A stretch of 63,997 nucleotides of DNA, the filler included, from Diploschistes diacapsis (Eukaryota): assembly GCA_023645945.1 (NCBI GenBank). It is 6 parts of 6 records of this genome, joined end to end, with 100 filler letters (N's around TTAATTAATTAA, not from the genome) between each part and the next. Parts side by side here need not be neighbours in the genome. Positions count along the whole stretch, not along the records: positions 7,005 to 13,907 come from JALAIB010001339.1; positions 14,008 to 43,502 come from JALAIB010000134.1; 4 more parts are not named here. One strand, 5' to 3'. Position 1 is the first letter of the stretch. Every line of letters begins with the position of its first letter. Positions 9,941 to 21,124 of the stretch are shown one piece after another. The notes beneath the pieces are model-generated. The model was not told where the DNA came from. It ran no database searches and saw nothing but the letters and a program-made list of their open reading frames with translations. The position numbers and the translations under genes are program-made.

Positions 9941-12900
9941 CTAACATTTATCATCTGAACTTGACTCAGATTGGTTATTCTCTTTCTTTATGTTTTCTTT
10001 AACATATTCCTTACATCTAGGATCTATTTTATCTAAAAACTCTTCTTCTGTAGGACTTAACCTTTGTGATTTACTTGATTTATCTTCATTTTTATTATCT
10101 TCCTGCTGCTCCTCCCGGAGGGAGCTCTCAGATTCTGACTTTGAACCATGTAGTTGTGCGTTATTTTCTACAAACTTAACCATAACATCTGTCAGACCTG
10201 CGATTTTCCCAAGATTAAATGATAATTCATTTCTACATTCTTTAGCTTCTTTTATTTCTTTTAATTTAGTTTCATCTATTACGAGTGTAGGATCAGTTTG
10301 AGTAGAACTATCACTTTTACTTTCTTCTGTTGTTTGAGTAGAAGTATCAGATTTATTTTCTTCAGTTATTTGAGTAGAAGTAGAAGTATCAGTTTTACTT
10401 TCTAGAAGAGATTTGTAATAGTCAGGGTCATTTCAAGGATAATATGGTTTATCATCATCACTAGTGTAGTCTGGTCATACATAAACTTCTTTTATTTTAC
10501 CCACAGGGTGTAGCCCTAAGGGGGGTTCTAAGTGTTTTACTTCAGGATTGATTATATTGTTAGAATCTAAATCTTTATCTATTTGATAAAGATTATTTTC
10601 CTTATCATCAATTAACAATATAGGTAATAAAATTAATACTGCAATAAGAGATAGAATACATATATCTAAAATAATAGTGTAAATATTTCTTGTATCTATG
10701 TATACTCCAATAAATGATCCTAGTATATTTTTTGTTTTAAACAATTTAAAAATTGATCATTTACTGTTAGCTTGATCTGATGATGGTTTATCTACGTATT
10801 TTATAAGACTTTTATTATTGTCATAAACTACTAACCCTGTTTTTTCTATGTTATTAATAATAATAGGATAAGTATTTACTCAGTTGTTTGAGTTAGAGTA
10901 TAATTTAGTTCGCTTTTCATATTTATTAGTAATAACAATGTTTTTATCCTCAATAGACACAGAACCTTTCCCTCAATCTATTATACTTTCTTGTCTAGTT
11001 GTCTTAATATCATGACCCTGTAATAAAGATATAAATTGTTCGTGACGCAATAAGTTAGACTTCATACCTTTAGCCTTAATTAAATTCTTACCGTCTTTTA
11101 TTATTAGTGAGTATAATTTACCATTAATAAATATAGCTTTTTCTATTTCAAACTCCAACTTTAATTTACCTATTTCATTAGAACTTACTAAACTATCAAC
11201 TAGTTTAATATCAGTAACTATAGAGTCAGTATCAGAGTAATACAATTTACCTCCATTCTTTAAGATATCTAGTTTTAATTTACTAATATAGATTCTAGCA
11301 TAAGCTGTTATAGCAGCACTTATAGCTACAGATGCTACATTCATAGTACTTACTTCAGAATCACCAAATCTACTAGCAACTTTAGCAAAATCACCATTAA
11401 AATCTTTAACTAAATCATGATCTATACCAGGTATATAACTAGTTAAAATTTTATTATTAGATATTACTTTATAAGATAAAATTCTTTGAAAGAGACCTTT
11501 CGTATTAAAAGTACTAGTTGTTAGTATTTTTGTTACAGCTTTTTCTAAACCTATACCAAATCTACCTAATAAATTATTTAATAAGCTTTTAGCCATAGAT
11601 TTTTGTGTTTTACTTATAGGATTTGATTTAAAGTGATAAATCTTCTCTATGTATTCTTTGAATACATTTGAAACTCTATCAAAATTATAACCTTTTATAA
11701 CCTTTATTTTGTATCCATTTTCTTTAGCAAATTTTAATTCTTCACTAAAATACCAACCAAATCATTTACCTAAAGGAAATATTAAACCAGTATTATTTCT
11801 CACAGGTAACAAACCTAAGTAAGTATTTTCAATGGGTGTTTCTATTCTACAATAGAAAAACCCATATAAGCTATCAATATCGTACATGTCTGTATAGTAT
11901 TCAACTCTAACACAAGACAAACCTGGCATATCTTCTTTAGCTACATAAGGATAAAGTGAATTAACATCGTAATAGAATAGATCTTGTCCGTACGGTCTAT
12001 AAACTTCTGTTATACCTCCATAATAAGCTTGTCTAATATCTTTGTATAAACTAGATTTATTAATCATAGGTATGTTATTTTTATAATAATCCTTAAAAAA
12101 TATTGTTAATGCTAAACCAGAAATAGTTATACTATCAGACATATTAACATTATAATCTAAAAATATTTGCTTATTAGCTTTCATCAATACTTCATAAAGA
12201 CTATTTAAATCATTTATTAAATATTTAATAGTTTCCTCTTTGAAGGATCAATTATCTATTATAAGGTTTTTATAATCATCCATACTAATATTTTCATAGT
12301 AACTTATATTTGGTGTATTACCTGTGTAAAACAAATTGTCTACTAGACTGAATTTATATGGGAATACAGATTTTAATGTATCAACCTCAAAACTTTTACC
12401 TAATACTTCTAAACTGTCAGGTAGCATAGCATAACTATCTAAAATAGTTATTTTACCATTATCTTTACTGATAGTAACTTTAATAATTTTACTATCTCTA
12501 AGGATAGGATTTATTTTAAATTCTTTACCAGGATTACTATCGTTGAAATCATATAATATTTTAAGTATAAATATTATATCATAACCACTCATGTTATGGC
12601 AATAAAATGTTATATTATTGTATTTAGGTCTTATTAGTTCATTTATCATACGTAGTACTAATTCATTACTATTTAAATTATTATCATTAATATAATAAGT
12701 AACAGAGTTTTTATCTAAATTAGTTTTAAAACCTAAAGCATAAATTTTAGAAATATTATCTTTAGCTACATAAGTTTCTGTATCTATAACACCTATATTT
12801 TTATTCTCAATAAATAAAACTGGTTTATATGATTTTTCTACAGGTTTAAGAGCAATAGGTAGAGATATTTTTAAAACATTACTTCCAATCGACTCAATTA

Positions 12901-13843
12901 TTTTTCCTTTTGAGTGTCTAGTAATAGCATCACCTTGTACTATATCAACAACACTACTAATTAATACGCCACCTAAACTAAATCTGTATTTTTCAACAGT
13001 ATAATTATCTATAATATTTATAGCTAATACATAGCTAGTAACATCATGAACAAGATAAAATTTAAAACTGTCATTAAATCTTTCTATTCTGTCCTTGTGA
13101 TTTTTTCTTAGTAATTTACTTTTGTTAACAATTACCTGTAAAAAATTAATATTTCTATAATTCATAAATAAATTTATAGCCGTAATAAAACCTTGGTTAC
13201 TTTCAGTAACTAAAGATCTTCCTAATAGCTTTTCATTATTAGTATAAGGAATTTTAAAATCTTTTGATGAAGAATAATCTTTATGAGTCATTTGTTCAGG
13301 TTTTCTAAGCATTAATTCCTCTAACAATTTGGGTTCAACCATTCTGAATGTTATTTGTACATAATTGATATAATCGCTATCAAAGCCATATTCTACAAAA
13401 TACTCATCTAATCTTCTGTTAAGAATTTCTAATAATTCATTATGATTATGTTCGGTATATTTGTACCCAAATTGATTACCTAACAAAAAGAAGTTATTAG
13501 GACTATATCTTACTTTAACAAATACAATGTAATAACTATTATTTGTAAGCCCTTTTCTCAGTTTTTCAATAAAAGGAGTATGATCGTAATGAAGATCACT
13601 AATATTAAATAACATTATAATAGGCTGTAATTTAGGATGATAATAATCATGTGAAAGATCATCAAGAATACTGTTAGTATTGACTTCCATTTCTAAATCC
13701 TTATTATCAATAGAATTGTCATTATTTAACACGGTATCAACAGAATAATACTTAACAACACCAAAAGGTTGTAAAAAAAGTAGAGTAGGAGAATACATAA
13801 AATAGTAGCCTGTAGTTATTTTGTTTGTTATTTTGTTAGTCAT
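9941..13843 (-). CDS. dpo: Plasmid-encoded protein-primed family B DNA polymerase, 1300 aa (genetic code 4), with putative N-terminal terminal-protein domain and long C-terminal extension
   Basis: Track ORFs 13843-12248, 12187-11762, 11596-10973, 10744-10475 and 10183-9941 share one frame. Hand translation of the gaps finds only TGA (12248, 11762, 10973, 10880, 10757, 10475, 10433); stop TAG at 9941. Motifs: ExoI DTET (D354), ExoII HNMSGYD, ExoIII YLIND, YYGG, motif A YYDVNSLYP, motif B KSLLNNLLGRFG, TAYAR, motif C YSDTDS, KLY. Confidence 0.93.
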
Positions 13844-13907
13844 GTTTTTAAATTATTAATAATACCAAATGAAGAAAAAGTAAAGAGACTACTTAGTCTT
13901 ATACAAA
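13767..13907 (-). repeat. Right terminal inverted repeat (141 bp)
   Basis: Exact reverse complement of 7005-7145; contains the dpo start codon at 13843. Confidence 0.95.
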
Positions 13908-14007
13908 NNNNNNNNNNNNNNNNNNNNNNNNNNNNNNNNNNNNNNNNNNNNTTAATTAATTAANNNNNNNNNNNNNNNNNNNNNNNNNNNNNNNNNNNNN
14001 NNNNNNN
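13908..14007. other. Artificial contig-joining spacer
   Basis: N44-TTAATTAATTAA-N44. Confidence 0.97.
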
Positions 14008-15779
14008 GAGCTGGTAGGGGTCCGCGAGCATGTCCTGTGTGGCCCAGGCACGCGGCTGTTAGCGTTTCGGGGTCTTGCTGTACATGGGGCCGCTTGTTGC
14101 GAGGTGTGAGCTGTCCCGGCGATTGGGGGGATGGGGGGGAAGGAAGGAAGGGAGGAAAGAAGGAGAGGAATAGGAAAAAAAGACGCACGTAAAGCTCATG
14201 CTCCCCGGTGCACCACACACTGTACAAGACGCTGTACCCCTCCCCAAACACCCGCATGGCTTTGTACGTGTTGTTGCTCGGCGGCGCCCTCGCCCCGTAC
14301 GTGCCCTCGCCCCCCGCCTGCGTGCCCCAGAACTCGACCTGCACGTGCTCGTTCTTCCCCCTGCGCGCGCCCAGCTCGTCCTGCGTGTACGGAATGGCCC
14401 CGCCGTCGAACTCGGGCCGCGCGGGTATGCCCATCATCTTGAAGAAGGTCGGCGCCAGGTCCGTGTGGCTGCTGGAGATGTTGGTCACGACGCCGTGCGG
14501 CACGTCCGGCCCGCGGATGAGGAGCGGGATGTTGATGTCCGTCTCGATCGCGCACTTCTTGCCGGGCTCGAGCCGGTGCTGGCCGATGTGGTAGCCGTTG
14601 TCCGTGCTGAAGACGACGTACGTGTTGTCGAGCACGCCCTGCGCCTTGAGCACCGTCGCCAGGTTGTCGATCATGTCGTCGACCCCGGCCAGCACCTGCA
14701 GGCGCGCGCGGTAGAAGGCGTCGTTGGAGGCGACCACGGTGGCGTTCTGCTGGGGCAGCTGCCGGATCCAGCCCGCGCCGGAGGGGAAAGAGGGGTTGAA
14801 GTTTGGCGTGCGCGGTACCTGGGCGTTCGGGAAGGCGGAGGCGTATTTCGCTTGCGGGACGGGCGGGTGGAGGATGCCGGGCCCGTAGGAGACGTTGGGT
14901 TTGGCTCGATTGTTCGTGCCGAGTAGCTCGACGTGGGGCGCTAAGGGGGCGACCATCATGAAGAAGGGCCGATCGCTTTCGCTGGCTTGGTCAAGGAAGG
15001 AGAGGGCGTGGGCTTGCGTTAGGTCGGTCGTGTGGGTCGTCAGGTCATACAGAAGCTCGTTCGGCCCGTTGGTGAAGACAGTGTTGTAGTATTGGTAGGT
15101 ATAAGGTTCGAGAAGGAAGCTAGAATCCCTAAGCCCGTATGTTCTGGAATGCAAATGCTTTCAGAACGTACTTGCTGCCATTAAGTCCGCTTACATACGG
15201 ATCCTGGTAGGTATAGATGGAATGGCTGTTCATGAGCTTGCCCACGTAGTACGTGTCGTATCCTGCTTCTTGCAGCCATACGGGCAGCCAGTTGTTCTGT
15301 AGATTTTCCGCTACGAATTTTGGATAACCCCCTATGCGCGGAGTAAGCTCCAGTCAAGGAGGAAGGGGGGTTTGACGTACCAAAGGGTGGACTCAGATCC
15401 GTTACATTGGTATTGCTACGTACATATCAGTCTGCGTCGATCCACAATACTATCGGCTCCCTGGGTTACTCCAAGACGGAACCTACTGTGCAGCTCGCCC
15501 TGTCAACAGGTTCACCCGCGAAGGACAGCATAGAGACACCGTGCAGAAGTGACGCTCGTAAGTTGTTCCACCCTGACCCAAGAGCTTTTGCAGCTTTGGC
15601 ATCGCAGAGAGCGAGTCCATGTGCAAGTCTTGGTCGTCGGTAAGGACAAAGAGCACATTTGGGCGAGCTTTTGCGCTTGCTGCAGCATTGGACTTGAAGC
15701 GCCCATTGAATTCTGGCAAGAAGATCGTCAGCAACACTGCTAGAATCAAGATCCTAGTGCTGAAGCTCTCCATCGGCAT
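14008..15779 (-). CDS. Secreted arylsulfatase (N-acetylglucosamine-6-sulfatase-like), multi-exon, 3' truncated at contig end
   Basis: Signal peptide, RPNVLFVLTDDQD, formylglycine motif CCPSR, YVGKLMNSH, FSTDNGYHIGQH, SHTDLAPT and terminal ELY/DMLADPYQL. Confidence 0.9.
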
Positions 15780-18700
15780 CGTATCTACTGTCCGGGTGCT
15801 CCTTGTAAGACTCCAAGAACCCTTTCAACAGCTAAAGAACTTCCACTGGGCAAGGTAGTTCCCAGTCCAGCTAGGCTCAGAATGACTTGGAAAAGAACAA
15901 TGGACTGTGAACATCGGGAAGGGGAGGGTTCTCAAAGGGTTATGAATTGACCTTTGTCCTCATGGCCGCTCCGCTAAACATTACACCATTGTGATTCTCG
16001 CTGCAAACCGCTTCACACATCCGCCTGACTTCCATCCTCTCGAAGACATTGTGTTCATGCTGCCAATCATCAATCAACAGTGTCACTTTCCGACCCCCTT
16101 CCCCCCCTCATCGTCTTGCATCTGTAAGATGTCGAAATCTCGACCTTTGCGCACCAGCAGAATCAGGCCCATCTTCCATATCCACTTAGATTATTGCAGG
16201 TGACAGTTTTTGTAGAGAAACGATGTCGAGCTCGCGCACGCAATAGGCGACTGGCCATTGAGGAGAAGAAATGCTACACCCTACCGCCTATGACCGGGAT
16301 GCCTTCCCACTGAACTCGAAAGGAATGGAAAACTTTGTCTTGCAAAGTTAAGGCTAACGTCGTCCATATAGCTGAAAGCATTGCTGTAGTCTCCCTCCAC
16401 ACCAGCTACTAAAATATTCGCCTTATCCGCTAACAAAAACGCAATCCATTGCAGTCGTCATGCGGCAGTTGAGAGATCCCGTCAGTGCTCGAAGAGATGC
16501 ACCAATCAATTAGCGGAAGGAGGATAGGTTACGGAGTGAAAGAGGTCCAATCACCTCATCGACGCGGACAATTGGTGATCTGTAAGTTTATAGTGATATG
16601 ATATCTGCAGAGAGCAGCAAAGTGAGCAATTCAGAGGAAAGGTCATCATGAATGTCGTCCGGGAACCATCGCCTACAGCGTCGTAGTTGCATACTAGGCC
16701 GGAATAGACGACAACTTCCGAATCGAGTCTGACACATGATCTCCAACGTCCTTTTGGCTTAGATACATGGAAATTCAGTAAAGAGTACAAGTCAAGGGCA
16801 GATTTGCCGTCATGTCTGCAGAGCGTAAAAAGGTCCGAGTTGATGCAATAGCCAGTTCCACTCGAATAGAAAGTGCAAGGCTGATTTGATCAAATACCAG
16901 TCTAGTTCCACGACATGCTGTCAACCAACTCTCCACCCTGCAGCGTCGGGCCATGTCCAATGAATGGAGCTCCCAAATGCAGGAACAATAATCACAGAGA
17001 AATGGGTGCTTACGCCTTAATAGCAAAAAAGGAAGAGGACATCAACACGCGGCTGGAAGTCTTTCTACAAGTGTACCAAGGACCGCGCTATAGTCCTTGG
17101 GTTCTACTTATGGGAAAATAGCAGGCTTCGTACTTATACACCAACATGCGCCATTTCAAAAGATACAAAAAGTAACTTGGGGCTTTGCAGCACATTACTA
17201 CCCAAATATCGGAGCCTCAATGTTCATAGCTTCGTGTCGGATGTCTTCATGTCCGACCTGCAAGACCTAGGAGGGCTTTAGCTGGAAATCCAAGGATCGC
17301 GTGATTCCTAAATACAGATAGTTTTTTGTTTTCAAGCTTGTACATTGCTGATAAGTGCAGGATTGCGATTCCTTGCTCGGAATTGTTCAAAAAGACATGC
17401 AGTTGCAATGACCCAAGTTTATTCGTCTTGGTCCCTATCCTGGTCGCTCATGCTTCTTTTGTGGGATCGACTTCCTCTAGAACCCCAGTCGAACAATTCC
17501 ACGGGCGTGCTTGGGCCGGGTCTGTAGCCAATATCACGAATGTGACTGCAGATCAGGCGCCATCGCGTCTAGCAAGCGGCCTAAACAGAAGCTACCTATT
17601 GCACACCAAACGCCTTTCAGCCACTTCAGACCAAAACAAGAACTCGAGAGATGCTTCAGATCAATTATGAAACAAGTTCGAGAGTTCTGGAGAGAGCTTC
17701 AAGTAGTTCAGGCCTGTGTCGCACTTGATCTGAACCATCCTCAAAGCTCTTGTGTGGGCATAAAGTGGTGAAAGAGGTGTCCAGGGTGCGAATCATTCTT
17801 ACGCGCGGTTACACAGAGGCGCTACTCTAGGCAAATCGATGCAGAATGATTCTTCAAAGTAGTGGACTTGGCAGCCGCAAAGCAGTGACAAAAGCTGCTG
17901 CTCAATCTGACAGTCGCTCATGGGATGTCAACTTTCCACCTGCAGTTGTGCAGTCACCGCTACCTGTGCATTGTGTTCCCAACAGTGGCTCGCTGAACAG
18001 CTCGTATTGGCGTTAAAGAAGCTTGACGTCTACACCGCAGCTCGGAAGGTTCGACCTAGATAAGCGATGATGATCTCAGTGACCGACTCAGGCCATAGCC
18101 CAACTGCTGGATGAATTGATTTCCTAAGGTCTCGGAAAGCAACGACACGCTGTTCTGCATCCCGTTTTCTATCCGTGTGAAGATTATGATATTCGTGCAT
18201 TCATGTGGTTTCCAAAGCTTGGCCGTGAATTAACCAGTTCCAGTATCCAATTCAAGAGACGACCTTCTGAGCCGAAACGATGCACCGTTAGTGGTGTCTA
18301 TGAGGCAACACGATATGCAGTGGTACTAAAGAAACAAGGACAGCCTGTGTGCTTGCCAAAAACCCTGTACAGCATTTGAGTATGGCATATTTGGTTATGT
18401 TTCCATCAATAGTAGGTATTGCTTGTTGCAAAAAATTCAAGAATCCGAACAGAGACAAGATTGAGAACATAGTACAGTATATTTGTCAACTAGCGTGCTT
18501 TTGTTATTGAATTGTGCTTGACTGTATATATCGCTTTCGATGACTTTTCTACCGAACATTCTCTCCGCCTTACAAGAGATCCTTCGGGAGGCACTGCTCT
18601 AGGTAATTTTCACTCAAATCACAGAGGTTCGCACACCTAGCAATCGAAGGCAGGGACCGGCATGATCCTTTGAATCAAAGGTGCATCGGCAGCTCATCAA

Positions 18701-19047
18701 CTGGCTTTCGCCTGGCACTGTGCCCTGCGGCTACATAGAAGAATTTCGGCCCACAATGTTCAGATCTCATATCTCTCTGTGCGTGCATCGCCACTGAAGG
18801 ATTGGGGATGTAATAGTGCTCGATTGCTCGAAAGTTCGCGCGCCTTGTGCACTATTCCCGGACACTTGCCTCTAGCACACAAGCTTTCAGTCCATATCTC
18901 TTAGTCCCCGTTGTCGACTGTCCTTTACCATCTACCACTCTTCTATTTTCATAAGGCTCCTTTAAGGCTTGTCTTTTCTCTTGAGCTTTCTTCAACCTTC
19001 TTCAAGACTTCACTTGGCCCCTCAAGAGAGTTCTGAATATTGACTCG

Positions 19048-21124
19048 ATGGTTTCTGTCGTTCCCTCTTTGACCCAAGCCATAACTAATGGCGAGTCCCT
19101 GCAACTCGACAGGCGTTTCTCTTAACTGCAAAAGCTTATTAGTATCAGGTCTCTCTATTCTGGGCACTTTGGAATTTGGACAATTGCAATCATTCGTCCC
19201 CGGTGGTGTGAGTATTCCAAGCCAGAAGTGGGCATTCATCTTACAGGCCAGCAGCCTATCCAAAATGGTACCCCATGGGGCTCTCTCAATGTGTCCAATA
19301 CCAATCCTTATCTGACCCCTCCCAACACTGGCTGCGTCCGTTATTTCGACTTCAATATCTCCAGGGGGTATATCGCACCAGATGGAGTCAATCTCAGCGT
19401 AAGTTGAGCGATGGCAATGCTTTAGGGTTGAGTTGTAATGTTCAGCAGGCCATCCTCATTAATGCTGCCTTCCCTGGCCCAATGATCGAGGCCAACTGGG
19501 GCGATACCATCCAAGTCACTGTCAACAACCAAATCACCGGACCGGAAGAGGGCACGAGCTTGCACTGGCACGGCTTTTTGCAGAAGCAAACTCCGTACTA
19601 CGATGGTGTTCCAGCTGTTGGTCAGTGCCCTATTGCACCAAACTCAAGTCTTACATACTCTTTCCACGCCGATCTCTACGGCACTTCTTGGTACCACTCT
19701 CACTACTCTGCACAATATGCCGCTGGCATCTCGGGGCCTATTGTCATCCATGGGCCAACCCAAGCCGACTACGATATTGATATTGGTCCTGTCATGCTGT
19801 CAGATTGGTACCATACGACTTACTACGAGTAGGTGACTTTTGCTTCGCCCATGAGCTCTTATGTCTCCTTGGAGATACACCATCACACGAGCTCTACTCT
19901 TTCATGTAACAGTGTATAACTATGCTAACACTCTCAAAGCTTGGTCGAGCAGACCCTGGCCCCCGGTGCAATCATTCCGCCTCTTTCTGACAACAATCTG
20001 ATCAATGGCAAAAACAATTTCAACTGCAGCGACTTCAGCTATGGCGAAGAATGCATCGCTAATGCAGGCATCTCCAAGTTTGCGTTCCAAACGGGCAAAG
20101 TACACCGTCTTCGTCTTATCAACTCCGGAGCAGAGGGTATTCAACAGGTTAGTAACGGAGGATGAAAAAGGAGCCTCGTGCCTGAAACTAACCGGCAAAA
20201 CAGTTTAGCATTGACGACCATAACATGACCATAATCGCGAACGACTTCGTTCCCGTCCAGCCGTACCCTGTCACTTCAGTTACTCTCGGAGTGGGCCAGC
20301 GCACCGACGTTCTGGTCACGGGCAATTCCAACTCTAACGGTTCCTACTTCATGCGCTCTACGCTTGTGTGTGCTTTGGCGAAGAACACCGACGTCATCGC
20401 AGCCATCTACTACCCCGATGCTAATACAAACTCTACCCCTACTTCAGTCGCTCCTCCTTTCACACCACAGTGCTCGAACGACCCACTCACCTCCACAACC
20501 CCGTACTACGACTTCGGCGCCCTGCCCAACTCTTCAGTCAGCCAACAAATCGACATCACGTTAGCCCCCAACGCATCCAATATCTACCTCTGGTATATGA
20601 ACAACGTCACCTTCCGCGCAAACTACGACAACCCGATCCTCCTCCTCGCGAACACGGGCAACGTCTCCTACCCACAAGACCCAGAATGGAACGTCTACAA
20701 CTTCGGCTCCAACACCTCCGTCCGCCTCCTCGTCTACAACCACGTCCCCGTCGCCTACCACCCCATGCACCTGCACGGCCACAACATGTTCGTCCTCTCC
20801 ACCGGGACCGGCACCTGGAACGGGAGCATCTCCAACCCGACCAACCCGCAGCGCCGCGACACGCAGATCCTGCCCCCCGCAACCGGCGGCGACAGCAGCG
20901 AGCCGGGCTACATCGTCGTGCAGTTCGCCATGGACAACCCGGGCGTCTGGCCGTTCCACTGCCACATCGCGTGGCACGTCAGCGCGGGCCTGTACATCAA
21001 CGTCCTGGAACGGCCCGCGGATATCCAGGCGCTGCAGATCCCGGCCGAGAGCGCGCAAACGTGCCGTGACTGGGCGAGCTTTGCGGGGCACGATGTTGTG
21101 GATCAGATTGATTCTGGACTTTGA
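19048..21124 (+). CDS. Laccase / multicopper oxidase (AA1), multi-exon; start position uncertain
   Basis: Copper boxes [17 protein letters not shown] and [12 protein letters not shown], and the ascomycete-type C-terminus DSGL. Upstream exons encode [10 protein letters not shown]...PWG...TNPY...PNTG...APDG. Confidence 0.9.

Larger units (their letters stand above)
7005..13907. mobile_element. Linear mitochondrial plasmid (invertron), 6903 bp as assembled
   Basis: Stand-alone, very AT-rich contig with perfect terminal inverted repeats. It has convergent RNA polymerase and protein-primed DNA polymerase ORFs that are open only with TGA=Trp. Confidence 0.93.

Noticed and set aside
9990..10301. 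103-aa plus-strand ORF as a third plasmid gene
   Set aside because: It is the antisense shadow of the charged, low-complexity dpo tail and lies beyond the putative terminator.
7069..13843. Plasmid polymerases as fragmented pseudogenes or many small genes
   Set aside because: All fragments of each gene are in one frame and separated only by TGA, which is Trp in code 4.
7005..13907. Polinton/Maverick, bacteriophage or cytoplasmic killer plasmid
   Set aside because: No integrase, capsid, packaging ATPase, capping enzyme or toxin ORF seen; TGA=Trp with a T7-like RNAP fits mitochondrial invertrons.
6905..14007. Plasmid integrated in a nuclear chromosome between SCS3 and the arylsulfatase
   Set aside because: Both junctions are artificial spacers and both flanking genes are cut off at them. 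Segment sizes (6904, 6903, 6892 and 6882 bp, with one 29.5-kb contig) suggest list-order concatenation rather than real adjacency.
14131..14926. Long antisense or alternate-frame ORFs over GC-rich genes (also 6218-6960, 20470-21091, 46991-48355)
   Set aside because: Expected shadows of high-GC3 coding sequence; Arg/Ala/Gly/Pro-rich with no motifs.
15780..19047. Hidden gene or transposon relic in the 3.3-kb gap between arylsulfatase and laccase (e.g. ORF 17326-17670)
   Set aside because: No domain, terminal repeat or strong RIP-like AT enrichment that I could identify; a decayed gene cannot be excluded without a tBLASTn search.
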